From Chrysomallon squamiferum (taxonomy: Eukaryota > Animalia > Mollusca): a stretch of 64,000 nucleotides of DNA. The stretch's first letter is position 1. Each line of letters begins with the position of its first letter. Made by a program: the position numbers and the translations under genes. The notes below the pieces were generated by a model. That model made no database searches, was not told where the DNA came from, and saw only the letters and a list, made by a program, of their open reading frames with translations. This document shows positions 14,570 to 28,900 of this stretch, piece after piece. The stretch is taken from positions 23,746,001-23,810,000 of the forward strand of contig CM022670.1 of NCBI GenBank assembly GCA_012295275.1, in the 5' to 3' direction.

Positions 14570-14760
14570 AACAGCCAAGTTTTAATCCTTAACTACAATT
14601 AAATGCATGTGAATTTCATTTGGATACTTGCTCAGCAAATCCAGAATTACTCCTGTCCACCATACACGTGTATGGCAGGATTTTCTTACATCTAAAGACT
14701 TTAGTCATGGTTTGCAACTGAATACTGAGTCTGGGATAGCCATCTTTTATCACACTAGAA
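14570..14760 (+). mobile_element. possible Tc1 transposase C-terminal remnant
   Basis: Frameshifted pieces LNACE / FIWILAQQIQ..PP / VWQD / LKTLV / HTR resemble the LNPIEHLW...W...GGHTRY tail; weak. Confidence 0.35.
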
Positions 14761-16865
14761 CAAGAACACTAAGTGAGGTATTATTTTACTATTAGAGCAG
14801 GATTTTCCTTTTAATTTCTTTACTTCAATCTATTTAACAGGGTTGATATTCAGTTTCTAACAAATCAGCATATTTAAGAAAATATTTTATACAAACTTAC
14901 GCTGTGAGAACATTATTTTACAAAAGTTTTACTTTAACATTTGTTTATGATTACTACCTAGTGATTTTTGTGGCTAGTCATGCATTTTGTAATACCCCAT
15001 TCTCCACATAACCAGCTAATTATAGGCAGCTGTCTACATAGTCTGTATTAATTAACTTAATGACAAAAGAAGGAGATTTGTGTTTATTCTTTAAAACATT
15101 TTCCAGTGACACTCCTAGAGAAACAAAGAAAACCTATTAATGATCTTTAAACTGGCTTACTTGTGGTTGAAATCGATGTAACTGGAAAATTTTATGTTAT
15201 TTGTGTTTGTGGCTGATTTATTCAGTCACTGGCATTTTTATAAAATATACTCAACACTTAGAGAATAGCAACATAAAATTTCCCCCAAGTGATTTATTAA
15301 TAAATATAATTTAACACGAATAAACAAAGTCTGCCAGCCAATTGCAAAATGTGGTCATGTGATTGTAGGACAAAATGGAGGCAAAATATATTTCCAAATG
15401 ACATTTTTAAAAAGAAAAAAAAGAACTTAGAACTTTTGCCATGGGAGAAAAGGAAAGGTGAATTTTAGTACAAAGTGGCAAGTGGTTCACCCATGTCACA
15501 TCTTTGTGTAAACCCTGGTTTAAAGATGCCAGAAACCAGACATTTGTATGATTCTATTTTAATCAATCTAACATCATTTTTATCACATTTTTTAATCATT
15601 GCAGCTAGAGACATTTCTGGCTTGATCACAATTTACTTGAAAATATTTTAATTAAGGACATCTTTGTCACCTACAACTAACTTTTGTCTCTATAACAATT
15701 TGATATCTGGGTAATACTTTAAAATTATTATTTCAAAACATGGTGCAAAATATATGTATCCAGCATCAAGTGTCCATTGGTACTAGATCATCACTATCCT
15801 GCTGTTAGTACTGCTACTAATACAGTCAGACATGTTTTTGGGCCATAAAAAATAATAAGTTGTGACAGTGTGATTATTCTGCGCCAAAACACAGACTCTG
15901 CATACCTGTATCATCATTCTTTTCTTACAACTACTAGTGTAGGTACATCTGTTTTATTTCTTTCAAACTCACAACCAGCAATACACTGCACATACTTTGG
16001 CAAGCTAAGCAGTGTTCGGAACTGACAAGCTGTAAAAGAGTGCTTGCAATTAGCCATCGCTCTGTCTCATGTCCATGTTGTCTTTTTGTTAAGCATTTAT
16101 TTCTGGCTGCAGTCCACATACCAGCATTCTGCTGAACACATACTGGAAGTGACAAAATAATTAGAAGTGACTGCTGCATTTTCAACTAAAATGTGTTGTC
16201 TTTGAATAGTAAGTATTTGTGTAATTTACAAAATACTGAAATGAATATTCCTAGACCTTTTGTTGTGCTAATCCATGCCTTGATCCTTTCGAAATTTATT
16301 TTACACACTATTTGATATTTTTATTAGTATTGATGTTGTTATTATTATTATTTGTTGTTGTTGTTTCTATTTTTTGATGATGTCATTATTAATAAACCAA
16401 TTTTATTTCTGTATTGGATTAATTAATTATTCATTATAAACAATGGGGAAATGATACAAATAAAATGAATAGAAATCTGCAACTTGGATTTGGTTAACAA
16501 ACCTTTTTTTTTTTATATCAAAACCATGAGCTTATATTTCTGAGACCTAACTTATTACATGGAATTAAATTACACATTCACCACACATAATAATGGGTTT
16601 AATGATTAATAACAAGGGAGGTAAATCTGACAGGACTCTGCAGACGGTATTGAGACTCCAAAGGCACTTTAGATAAATTATCAGTCTTTCCTCAGGAGAT
16701 ACGAATCCAAGACATGTCAGGAGTGTTTTCTCAAACTGTGATTCCAAAATAAGCTGTTAGAGGGAGAGGTGAAGTTTTCCACAGCATGGTGTCATTTGAA
16801 TGTGGATGGTCTGACTGTGAGAGCAGGAGGTCCTTTCTTGTCGTGTGTTCTTCTTGCTTCCCAAG

Positions 16866-16970
16866 TCAATAGTTTCACACTTGTAGCATGGCAGGCAGTT
16901 CTTTGCCTCCATCAATAACGTGAACAGTAGCGGAGAGTTTGGAAGCAGGTGCTGCAGTCTCTGGAACAAG
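16866..16970 (+). other. candidate 5'UTR exon
   Basis: ctgac at 16811, pyrimidine tract 16831-16862, AG at 16864-16865 (alternatives at 16872 and 16886), GC-richer body, donor AAG|GTAAAT at 16970/16971. Confidence 0.4.
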
Positions 16971-17747
16971 GTAAATACTGATGAAATTTTCTGTGTCGTG
17001 CATGCACTGTGTGGTGTATGCTGTTTGTGTATTGTTTAAGAAATATGTTCATTTGTTATGAGATACACATTTTCATACATTTTAAAGAATTTGTCATGGT
17101 GTTGATATATAGAAATGGCTTGATATATTTTTATATATAGATACTGTAGGTACAGATTTAAGATTGATCTAATATGAAAAAAGATCAAATTGTTAAAATT
17201 ACCTAATGAAATAATGTTATTAGTCTGAAATAATGTTGTTGCTGATGTAATATTTATGTTCTACATAAAATCAGTTTAAAAATATATAATTACACTCACA
17301 TGCACATCTCATTCTGACAGAGAAACCACATGCATGTAATAAAAGGCTGTTTTTTTAATTTAAATTTGGTTTCATGTTGAATATTTTGGACTACCACAAA
17401 TAAATATCATTTCATCTTGTTTCAACGTATTTTATAATTAATTCCTAACAGAATACTGGTTTGCAAATGGCAGCAATTAAGTGAGATTCACGTGGGATGG
17501 AATTTGTTCTTGATTTTTTTTATGGTTATTTTTCCTGTCAGTGTTTTTCTGTGGTTACAACTCATGAGAAAATCTCAGTTATTAAATGATAGATGTAACT
17601 TCAATTAATTTTATAAATATTAACATTTAATAGATTTAACATAACTTTAATCATACACACACACACATCAAAATAGACAACAGAGAGATACACACATGCA
17701 GACACAACACATACTTATATATTTTAAATGACTATATTTTAAATTTT

Positions 17748-17778
<31 letters not shown>

Positions 17779-19279
17779 GTCTAATGTTAAATTTGCCAAA
17801 ATTATTTATAATAGTCTAGATATCATTATTATTGGACAAAGACAAATATTAATTATTACAATATAATGACTTCACAATACTTTCATGCTTCAAAAAAAAA
17901 ACATAATATCACAACATGATAAAAGTTATTCATACTCCAAAATGCAATAAAACTATATCAGAAAGAATTCAAAAGTTGTAACCATGATAAGAATGCTTTA
18001 ACAATTTTCTAATGGAAGAATGCTAAAAGATACTCGGAGATTTCCAGCGTTCAGCCTGATATGACTTAACACTGAGGCAAGAAAGATGTTTCTGATTGTA
18101 TTCAGGTTGACTTCAGCATCTCAAGCCCACTGACAATGGAAACAGAAATTCATTCTATTTCTTCTTGTCAGTTACAGAGAGAAGAACTCCTGGTGGTTGG
18201 CACCAGGCTAGAGATTAGACTGACAAATATTTGTTGTGGTGTTGATAAGTGTAATTACTCTGCTGACACGAGGGTAATTAGCCACAGAGGAACACCTCCT
18301 TGTAGCATTAAACACGTTAGTCAAATAATAATGTGCATTTTTCTTTACCATACCATTATGTTTAAAAAGTATTTTTTTTTAATATTAATATTTCTTTATT
18401 TTTTTTCATAATAATAGTTTTAATATTAATATTTCTATATTTGTTCTTAAATAATAATAGTTTTAATATCAATATTTCTTTATTTTTTTTATAATAATAG
18501 TTTTTTTATTTATTAATTTTAACGTTAACAATATATAATATAATTTTATAGCTCAATTTTTATTTTATAAAGTGTTTTTTTTCTATTATTATTGTTATTA
18601 TTATTCCTGAAATTTTATTATTATCATTGTTATTATTATTATTACTGCTTAATTAATATATTTATATATACACTTTCATTTTATTTATTAATACTTAGAA
18701 ATTCTTGTTATTATTATTTTTTTTTATGTTCATGGAAAGGTACATAAACAAAGACATATTGCTGTTCATCAGAAAGAGTAGACCATATTATATTAAATTT
18801 TTATATCTATTCATCATTCACTCTCGCTTCGATGTCATATATACATTAGTTGATGATTATTTGACAGTTTTATAAATACATATTACAACAAATATAAAAA
18901 TTTTTTTTTTCATTTTAAAATTGTACTAAACTTCACATACGTTAAAAATATTGACATCGGCTGTGTATCAGCAAGTACATCTTAATTGACAAAATGCTGC
19001 AGAACCTAAGGTAATTGTGACACATGTTGCCTTCAGTTTGTGAGAAGCATCCTAATACCATTAAACAGGCAATTTTTGTCAGCAGCAGAAAGAAAAATTA
19101 CACGTTGCAGTTGTAAGTTACTAAAAGGTTGAAAGGAATATTTTCCAACATGCTCGTTAAGAAGATATTTTTATTATTACACACTGGGAAATACTCGGTT
19201 CTAACTCGAATTATTTTAAAAAAGCTATTTTTAATGGAATATTTTCTGAGGAAGTTGGTTTTTGGCTTGATGGAGAGGA

Positions 19280-19405
19280 GTTGCTATGGGTTAGAGCATT
19301 TCTTATCTCTTTGAACTATTTCCCATTCCAACCAGTTTATCAGAGACTATGCTATCTTGCTTTCATATCTACAAACAAATATGATTTAAGAGATCCTTTG
19401 CTGCA
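19280..19405 (+). mobile_element. decayed SINE fragment
   Basis: ttgaactatttcccattccaaccagtttatcagagactatgctatcttg...aagagatcctttgctgc, colinear with the other copies. Confidence 0.55.
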
Positions 19406-19711
19406 GATGGATTAGATAAGGTATGAAGCATATTTGTATCACGTTTAGTGCTTCTTTTTGTCATTGCACAAGAAATGAGTGATAGAAATTTAGTAACGGT
19501 TAATATTAGCTGATATGTATGTATAGTAAAATAAATATTTGATTTAATATCTTCAGATTTTTGCCTGGGCTAAGTTGTTGTTTTATTCTTTGATCTTACT
19601 GTACTTGTTATTAAATACAGTTGAAAGAATTTGTAAAGAAAAAGTGAGAGATACTGAAGACATTCAAACTGTGTGGAGTGAGTGAGTTCCAAATTCAAGT
19701 GCTTTGAGTTA

Positions 19712-19994
19712 TTCTGAGTTCACACTCTATGGGTATGTCAGTTCTGTGTTCACACTGTATGGAGTAAGTCAGTTCTGTGTTCACTGAATGGAGTAAGTCA
19801 GTTTCTGTGTTCACACAGTATGGGGTAAGTCAGTTTCTGTGTTCACACTGTATAGGGTAAGTCAGTTTCTGTGTTCACACAGTATGGGGTAAGTCAGTTT
19901 CTGTGTTCACACTGTATGGTGTAAGTCAGTTTCTGTGTTCACACTGGGAGTAAACTGGGTTTGTGTCAGCACTACATGGAGTAAGTCAATTCTG
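19712..19994. repeat. 32-bp minisatellite, about 9 copies
   Basis: Consensus gtaagtcagtttctgtgttcacac(t/a)gtatggg; exact 32-bp period at 19793, 19825, 19857, 19889, 19921; degenerate edges. Confidence 0.97.
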
Positions 19995-20772
19995 AATACT
20001 CAGGTCTGTAATCTTAGTGGGAAACATGATTATCAACCTATTGCTTAACTGACTTATTGACTTTAACTCACTGCTAATTAGCTAAACATTAATGTTTCAG
20101 GATCTAACTCTTTGCTTGCTGGCCATCCAGCCAAACATTTACCATTGTGACTGACCCTTTTGATTAGGGACACAATATCTGGCCAAGCTTTGGTCCCACA
20201 GAGTTGGGTTCTCTGCCAGATTTCCATTACCTACACTGTGCAGTAGATACTCATTATACATTTACTGGTAAATTGTTTGTTTGTCTTCAGTGCTGGAGTC
20301 TTCCATTAGTTGATTAGGAATAGGGATAACCGATTACAAGTTGCTGGATCTAGTGAGCTTGGACATCTGGAATAGTTTTGTTATGATTCCTTTACCCTTT
20401 TGGAGGTCGTTATTTGTCTGTTTCTGCATTAACTTTTGTTATTTTGTCTGACAGCTGACCTCTTGGCATGAATGGTTATTTCTAATGATGTATTGCAGAT
20501 TATTCATCTACCATTATTTTAGACAGTTTGTTCTAGTCGACCTTACAGGGTAAAATATTAAATTAAAACAAACCCTGCAGAATTTGTTTTCTCAAATGAA
20601 TGAAAATTAGTTAATGACTATATTTTTTTATCATATTTTATTTTATATTTACTTATATATATATATATTATTATTATTAAGCTGTGTTATATATTGTTCT
20701 GAATACGTTATTTTCTTTTATAATTAGAATCATGTAAAGAAACATCTTGTTGCTGTTCTACAAATTATTTTT

Positions 20773-20833
20773 GGCAGGAAGAAATATTTTATATCTATTT
20801 CCCATTGACAGGACAACACATACAGTATCACTG
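20773..20833 (-). mobile_element. SINE core fragment, reverse orientation
   Basis: tttatatctatttcccattgacaggacaacacatac approximates the reverse complement of the core (gtatgtg.t.tcctgtc..tgggaa). Confidence 0.55.
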
Positions 20834-21989
20834 ATTCCTTTCTTCAACTTTCTTCCTTTCTTACTGTTAATGAAATTGCCTCAGCAAGATGGAAAGTGAA
20901 ATATTTTAAATTATTTATTTTATTTCTTTAAAAAATGTTATAGATGTTATCTAGGTCTATCAATATATATATATTTAATATTTCTAATTGACCATACATT
21001 CTATAATATTTTTATTTAAATATACATATTAAAAAAAAAACCTGACAAAACTCTCTAAATGGAAACGAATATGATTTAAAAGTTGTTTGAGCAAGTTTCT
21101 GTCAAAGTCATTACTTACATTTAACTGAGTGTTTCAGCCATTTGGAAAAATTTCCAGCAAAAACTTTTTAACAAATAATGGTTTCATGGAGAAGATATTA
21201 TTTAACTGAATTAGAACGATATTTTTTTTTAACTTCTCATTTTGGTACAGTTTTCTTCCTATTCCCTGGACTCTTCATCTCTGGTCCATTGACACTGTTA
21301 AATGGTTTAGAGCATATTTTAGCCTGAATGTACACTGTGGAACAGACTCACTCAAGTTAACAGACACATGTGATTAAGTAGAATACTTCACGAGTTAAAA
21401 CACTTTAGCAGACGAAGTTCACTAAGGTCACACACTGATGAAAAGTTGGCTAATACGTTAAAAACAAAAGAAAAGTTAAATACATTAACAAGACTGTGAT
21501 ATGAAACGAGCTGTTAAAAAATAATGAAGCATTTTTTTTACTTTTTGAATACACACTTTATTGTTAACCAATTTTTGTATCTCAGTATCTTGGGGCATTT
21601 TTATAATGCAAAGAAACCAATTATTTTCTGAGTTATGAAAATAAAAACAAAATAAAAAGGTAATAAAATGAGAGAAGAAGAGGATGTAATTGTTGGATAA
21701 TGGACTTTGAAACTCTTTCAAGATTAAATTTCACATCAAAGGTAGAGGCATCTCAGTGATTGTAACAATACACAGAATGTGGAAATATGCAGAAGTAAAA
21801 CTGGCAGCAGAAAACTTTTCTAACCTGTTTCATGATATTGGTTTAAGTGGAATTTTTGTAATACAGTATTATGAGAAAAGATTATGCACATTAAGATAGT
21901 GGCAGAAGATTATAGTTTTTAAGTTATTTTATTTCTGTGTACATTTGTTTTTGGAAGAAGTTTGTTAAAGTTAAGTCAAATCCTTATAA

Positions 21990-22022
<33 letters not shown>

Positions 22023-22098
22023 GTTATATTATTATTATTATTATTATAATTATTATATTATTATTATTATTATTATTATATTATTATTATTATTATTA

Positions 22099-22134
<36 letters not shown>
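21990..22134. repeat. (ATT)n microsatellite, imperfect
   Basis: Directly visible; explains the poly-L/Y/I ORF. Confidence 0.97.
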
Positions 22135-22135
<1 letters not shown>

Positions 22136-22704
22136 TAAATGAAATAATGTTCAGTTAAAACTATATCTAAGTATATAGACACACACACACACACACACAC
22201 ATAATTTATTCATTTTTTATGAGACATTTAAAGCATACCATCTGTGCCTGTTAACACAGCATCTAGAAATAACACATGAAATATTAATAAAAAGGAATAT
22301 TATACATACCTTTTATCAAACTACCTCATTCTAAATTATGAATGCTAAAGCTACAGACCAAGGAAGAATCGGGTAAAGATAAAACTGTTAGAAGTGCTTT
22401 TCAGAACAGGATGTAAACTTTTATCTGTTTGATACCACAGACTGGCTCCATGAGAAGCTGTGTACATAAAACACAAATATATATACACACATATCTAAAG
22501 AAGTCTAAAATAAAATGTTGGTTTATCTTGGATGAAGAACATAAATATCAAATCTTTATGACAGGACTTATAAAATACATAATCCTCAAAATTTACTGTA
22601 GCTATTATAAATCAAATGTTAAAATAAACTTACAAAAAAAAAAAAAAAAAAAAAAGAAACCTTAAAATATATGTTAAAAATTAAAGATAAATGTTAAAAT
22701 GAAC

Positions 22705-22735
<31 letters not shown>

Positions 22736-25700
22736 TTAAAAAGAAAATTTAAGATAAATGTTAAAAAATAAGCATTAAAATAAAAGTTAAAAATAAACAT
22801 CATCAGCATTAAATACACATATATTTGTAAAGTGATGTGTTTATGATGTGGATGTTTACAAGCTGGTTAGTTAAGAGCTGATATTCTTATGCTAAACATG
22901 TTGAAAACTGAACACTGAAAGACATCTGTAACTGATTTGTAGACATGATGGCTGTCCTGCTTTGTTGCTGTCCCTCTGAGACGACTTGATTTAATTTGGT
23001 CAGAACCACTGCTTCCCAGACAAATATCGAACAACAGCCCATATTACTTTGGATTCACAGGATGCGATTTTGAAACTCCCTTATGATACAAAGTTTATTG
23101 AATGATGTCTGATCTGTGCTGAATGTCACTACATCATATGTTGCAGTAATAACTGGAAAAATCTTTAACAATGTGCTGACAATGTGCATAAGTCTGGAGA
23201 GAGTTCCGTGTTTAATGGGGATATCAGTTCAGTTTTCAAGTCATTAATTTCTGTGTTTCGTAATACTTACCACGTTTTTTAAAACATTTCAGATTTCCCC
23301 AGTGGTGACCAAAAAACTTTATCATTCATGTTAGATAAAATAATAAACACATAGACATATTTATATCAAAAATAGAAAACTCTAAAATATTTGAAAAAAT
23401 ATTTTAAATTCTTTAGAAAAGTGTGTTCATGGAGCACACACACGCACGCACGCACGCACGCACACATATCCTAGGTTAGAGCAAGACGGTCATATTGTCA
23501 TTTTTGCTTAACATAAACACAAAACAAGCTTTCCATAATGTGATATTTGTACAAGTGTTTAATTAGGGTTTCAAAATTACACAACTATTCATGATCATTT
23601 CACATCTCTAGTTCTTCTATTCATTAGCTGACCACAAAATCATATACATCATTTTGTAACACAAAAATCATAGATTTGAAAAATCATAAGTAGAGATAAG
23701 TTGTTATGAAATAAATTTTAAGAATGATATTTTCAAAATGTGTCCTAATTATCTTTACCAATATTAAAATAATAGTTTGTAATAGTTTATTTTTTCCTCG
23801 AATATAATTATATAAAACATAAACAAAATCAGATTAAATAACTACTATGAATCATAACATTTTTAAAATTAATTTTAAAATAATTTTTGAAAATAAATTT
23901 ATATACAATCTTTTTCATATTAATCTAGAAAAGAAAATTAAATACCTGCTAAAGCTCTATTTGATTTAGAGTTAGTAATACTTCTCAAATAATTAATTTG
24001 ATTAATAATACCTCTGTCATTTTTCTATGACCCACTTTACTTATAAATATTTTCTTATAATTTTTATGGTCAATATAGGTGATTAATAACTCATCATATC
24101 TTTAACTGCAAACATAAATATAAATTAATTAAATTAATGCAATTACATAATTAATAGTAATACATTTAGACTAAAAACACAATTTTTTTTTTTTTTTTTT
24201 TTTGTAATTATGGTGATCTTTTCATGTAATATTTTATAGTGTGTAGTTATAAGCAAATAAATATTTTTCTTTATGTAGTTAGTATATTTAATTAATGTAA
24301 TTAATGAATTGCAACATTTCGAACTATAAATTACAATGTGTGTGTGTGTATGTATATATTTGTGTGTGTGTGTATGTGTGCGTGCGAAGCTTGAACTATT
24401 ATGAGGCCTCTTCATTGCAAGCTTGAAAATTTTTAAATATGTTAGGCCTCTTCATTGTAATTCAGCATTCTAGCCTTTGCAGAATACAACTGATATCTTA
24501 AGACAAGTAACCTATTACATCTCTATGTATCTATAGCTATATCTATCTATGTTTATAATTATGGGTGTGTGTGTGTGTGTATGTGTGTGTGTACATACAC
24601 ATACAATTATACATCTTCTTTTATTTAAATGATTCTCATGTTTAAACATGTATATATTTTTTTTAGCATTGTTAGAATATCTTAATAGTTGGTCTTTTTA
24701 TTTAATGTCATTAATGACTCACCACATTTTACACTATAAATACAAATATTTAGTCCTGACAGCTTGTGATTATAATGTTTTATAATGTAATTAATAAAAC
24801 CTTTATAAAGATATTTTACTCTTTCAAAAAACCACTCTACCAGTGTGTGTAATTAATAACTAATGACATTTTAAAGTATAAATAGTTTTCCTAACATGAA
24901 ATAAATAATAAGGGAGTTTTATTATGTAATTAATAATCTATAAATATATAAATAATTTTTCAGAAAAAAACACCAAATAATTTTCCTTTGTACCATGTTG
25001 TCTTAATGATTTAGGTAGCATTATTCAACCTGCAGTATCCATCCTATTATCATCTGAGACCTTGTCAGATGAAATTAATTCTCATTTGGTTTCATGCTGG
25101 CGTAGACATGAAAGTAATTTCTTTTGATGATGTGTATGCATGTATGTATAGTATTTCTCTTCACACACAATGTGGCATGTTTGGAAAAATCTTGTTATTT
25201 TTGTGACAACCATTTGATTGCTTCCTGATCAGTATATCAGTCACAGAATTTTTTTTTTTATTTTTTTTTTTTTTTTGTCTTATTGATTTGCCTGAGAAAG
25301 AAGATAATTAAATTTTTAATTCCTAATTGTTTTGTTAGTTTCAGAGTTAATGAGGATGTGATGGAAAAAAAATCAAATGTATTAATACCACGTTGTTCTT
25401 GTATTAAATATTTTATTTTTTTGTTAATCCTATGCTCTTTTTCGTAGTATCGTTCTTTTTTCTAGTTTTGCATCTTTTTCATAGTTTTGAGTTCATTTCC
25501 ATCATTGTGCTCTTTATCTCATTTTTTTTCAGTGTTTTTTTTTTTGTGGGAGTTGAAGTTCAAAGTTCTTTTTCTTAGTTCTGTTAACATTTTCCCTTTT
25601 TTTCTTCTTTTTTTTCCACATTTTACTGTTCATTTTCATACTTCTTTAATAATTTCCATGGTTTTATGGATTTCTTCTTATTCCTTCCTTATTCTTTTTC

Positions 25701-25809
25701 TTCTTTAAGTTTTCTTTTTCTTATTCATATAAATGTTTATTAGAAAAGATTCATATATTTCTTAAATAATAACAATTCAAGAAAAGAAAAGCCATTGTAC
25801 TAATGTTAT

Positions 25810-25975
25810 AAATCACCTATTGAAATATATTTTACCATAGATATGATATAAGCATATTCCTCTTAGGGAAACACAGGTTGGAATAAGAAATAGCTCAAAA
25901 GATGCCTTAAGAAAGGCTAACCATCCTTTCCAGTATTCTTCAAAGCAGTGCTCTGAAAACCAAGCTACAGCCAGA
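25810..25975 (-). mobile_element. decayed SINE fragment, reverse orientation
   Basis: gatataagcatattcc...ggttggaataagaaatagctcaa approximates the reverse complement of ttgaactatttcccattccaacc seen near 19311. Confidence 0.45.
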
Positions 25976-28900
25976 TCTGAAACATTTTATTACCCAGCTT
26001 TTCTCAAAATGATGCATTAATGTCAGCATTAAATAATACATATTCTTGTAATACAGACATTTTCACAATCATCATTTAAAAAAAACATATGTTATGAAGA
26101 TGCTGTTGGATATCTTGGCTTTCTTTATGTTGCAGGATGTTAATAGATTTTGTATATTTTTCCTGTGTTTGACATCTTAAACATTATTCTTTTGTATCTG
26201 CCCACCCACTTATAATTAGTCAGATGCGAATAAACCACAGCATCATAATATTTTTACAGTTTATCTGTTTGGTTTACATCTGTAATAAGTATCCATGAAA
26301 GGCACTGTCAGACTTGGTAAACAGTTGTAAACAGCCGTGAATGCTGAACAAACAAGAAAAAACCAATTCACACTATAGCCAAATCCCTTTTGGAATTGTC
26401 ATCTAGACTGCAAGTTTTTGCTCTCAAAAAACAAAATAAGTAATTATAAGAACTTGAGAGAAAAGAATAACCCTCACAGTTTCAGATCTCAGGTTGGTAT
26501 TGCAGGTAAAAAACTGTTTCATTGCAGGACACATTTTATGTGTTTGTTTGTGTTTGTTTCCATGAGGTAATCGTGCTCAATTGTTGCAGGTGCAATAACA
26601 CATGTGCCAGTCATGAACCATAAATACTGAAAATCGTAGACTCACACGAAGACTGGAGAGATTTTTTTTCAGATTTACCAAAAATCTGCTGCTGCAGAAG
26701 ACATCGCCACTGTCAGTGTGGAAGTGTTTTAGACGATGCTGTTGTTTCTCATCTTATTAATTTTTCGTCTTTTCTCACTGAGGTGTTGTTAAAATGATTT
26801 TTCTCTCTTTTTAAGTATCTTTCTCTCCTTGTGACTTCTTTGTTTCTGTCTTTCAAACTGTCTTTTACTTTCATTGAAATACAAAAGTTCGATTTAAAAA
26901 AAATAAAAAATAAAAATAACCCAGTTCTGAAATAAATGCATCTTATTATTATTATAGTTGATACATTATTCATTACTATATAATTCTTGTTAAATTTAAG
27001 ACAACGTTTGAATATTCTTAAAGTGATTAAAAAAAAGAAAAGAAGCTACCCATTAAAAATAAACATCCTATCAGCCATTTTTTGTCCTGCCACTTTTTTT
27101 AAAATTCCACATAAAAATATCTTGCTTTTATCACCATCTCACTTTTTTCTTTCTTTCTTTAAAAATTAAACATTCCTTGAGATACTTCAAAAATGGTTTC
27201 TAATTTCCATGTATTTTTTTTATAAGAAATTATTATCTTAGAAATTTTAGCAAAATAAAAAACTTCTTTACTTGCTTTATTAGCTAAAACTTTTTAATAT
27301 TTATTTATTAATTAATTTATATATTTATTAATTATTTATTTATATATTTAATTATTTAATTGTTTATTTATATATTTAATTATTTAATTATTTATTTATA
27401 TATTTAATTATTTATTTGTTTATTTATCTATTTATTATTTTAAATTTATATATATATATATTATGACAAGAGATAGTTTTCACATATATCGACAAACAGT
27501 TTTATGTTAAACAGATATCCTAACACTATGTGATGTTTTACACACTTACTTGCCTATAAACATGTGTTTATGATAAACTTTTGAGGCTGTCAACATGTTT
27601 ATTAGTTCAATTTGTAAAACATTTTACCAAGAAAAATATTCAAATGTCTAGATTTCTTATCCAAATATTATTTAATGTGTTCTGATTGGTTATCTTTGCT
27701 GTTATAGTCTTGTTACCAAGGAGACACATTCCTTAAAAAGAAAATCAGAATTTTGCTTAACATTAAGAAAAAAAATGTTTTCAGTCTTTTTTTAATATTT
27801 ACCAGAACTGACATCTATTATCAGATTAATGTGAAATTTGATATGTTATTTTATCAAAAGAAAATAAACCAAAGATTCTTAGAAGCTGAAAACATTTCTG
27901 AATTGTTGTGCACACAGATCTAATTCTGAAATTTTATCTTGATGTGTCATTTATGTTTTCAAATGGAAAATGTTGTTTTGGTAATTATACACAGACAGAC
28001 ATATAAATAAACACACACACACACACACACAAACACACTGATGTATTATATACATTGACATAAAAATGTATTTAAATTATAAAAAATATGAGTAATGTGC
28101 ACTAACTCATTTATATATATTTGAGAAATAACAAATAAAATAGACTTTTATAGCTTTTACATTAAACTTTTGATACATTAAAATATATATATATATATTT
28201 TTGCAACAAATTCAACACATTTACAGCACACAACCTAATTATACACACATTATCAGGGCATTTATAGTATTATGTTATTGTCAAAATTACTTTTTGAAAT
28301 ACATACATGCATTTTGTATTCAGACTGCACTGATGTATTGGCAAGGGTAAATACATTTTATTTTAAATTGTATGCATATGTAAAACTTAGACATATTATG
28401 TAGATGACTAAAACAAAAAGGTACTAGTACTTCTGAAGACCAGTTTACTACAATGGCCTACACTAATCTACTAGATTTACTAGTCATTCCCATTGTCAGT
28501 TCAATCTGTATCATGAAAACTTGTAAAGAAAGTGCTTAAGCAGAACGTCAAGTGAATGTCGCTGTTTTGCAGTCTTCATATTGACTGGGCAATAATCACC
28601 GCAGATTCTTGACCTCACAATTAATTTGCGACCCCCTAGCTCTGTAGCGCCAGCATCAGAAATGATGAATATAGTCAACTGCAGACAGTTCCTAACATCT
28701 AACATCCCAAAGAGATTACTGTACTGTTCCCATTTAATATGTCACTTATAGCTATATAGCATTAGTTGAGAGCCACAGAAAATTGATTAATTTTCCTCAC
28801 AAGAAAGCAATCACAACACAGGCAGCAACATCCAATTCTGGTGAGCAAATTCAAAGATTATGTGGTAAGACAAACTGAATGCTGGTTCGCTAATAAAGAT

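Noticed and set aside
15520-15723. TTAAAG...CTTTAA bounded MITE
   Set aside because: Inverted similarity does not extend beyond about 6 bp.
19712-19994. CRISPR-like look of the 32-bp repeat
   Set aside because: Units are head-to-tail with no unique spacers, no cas genes, eukaryotic context.
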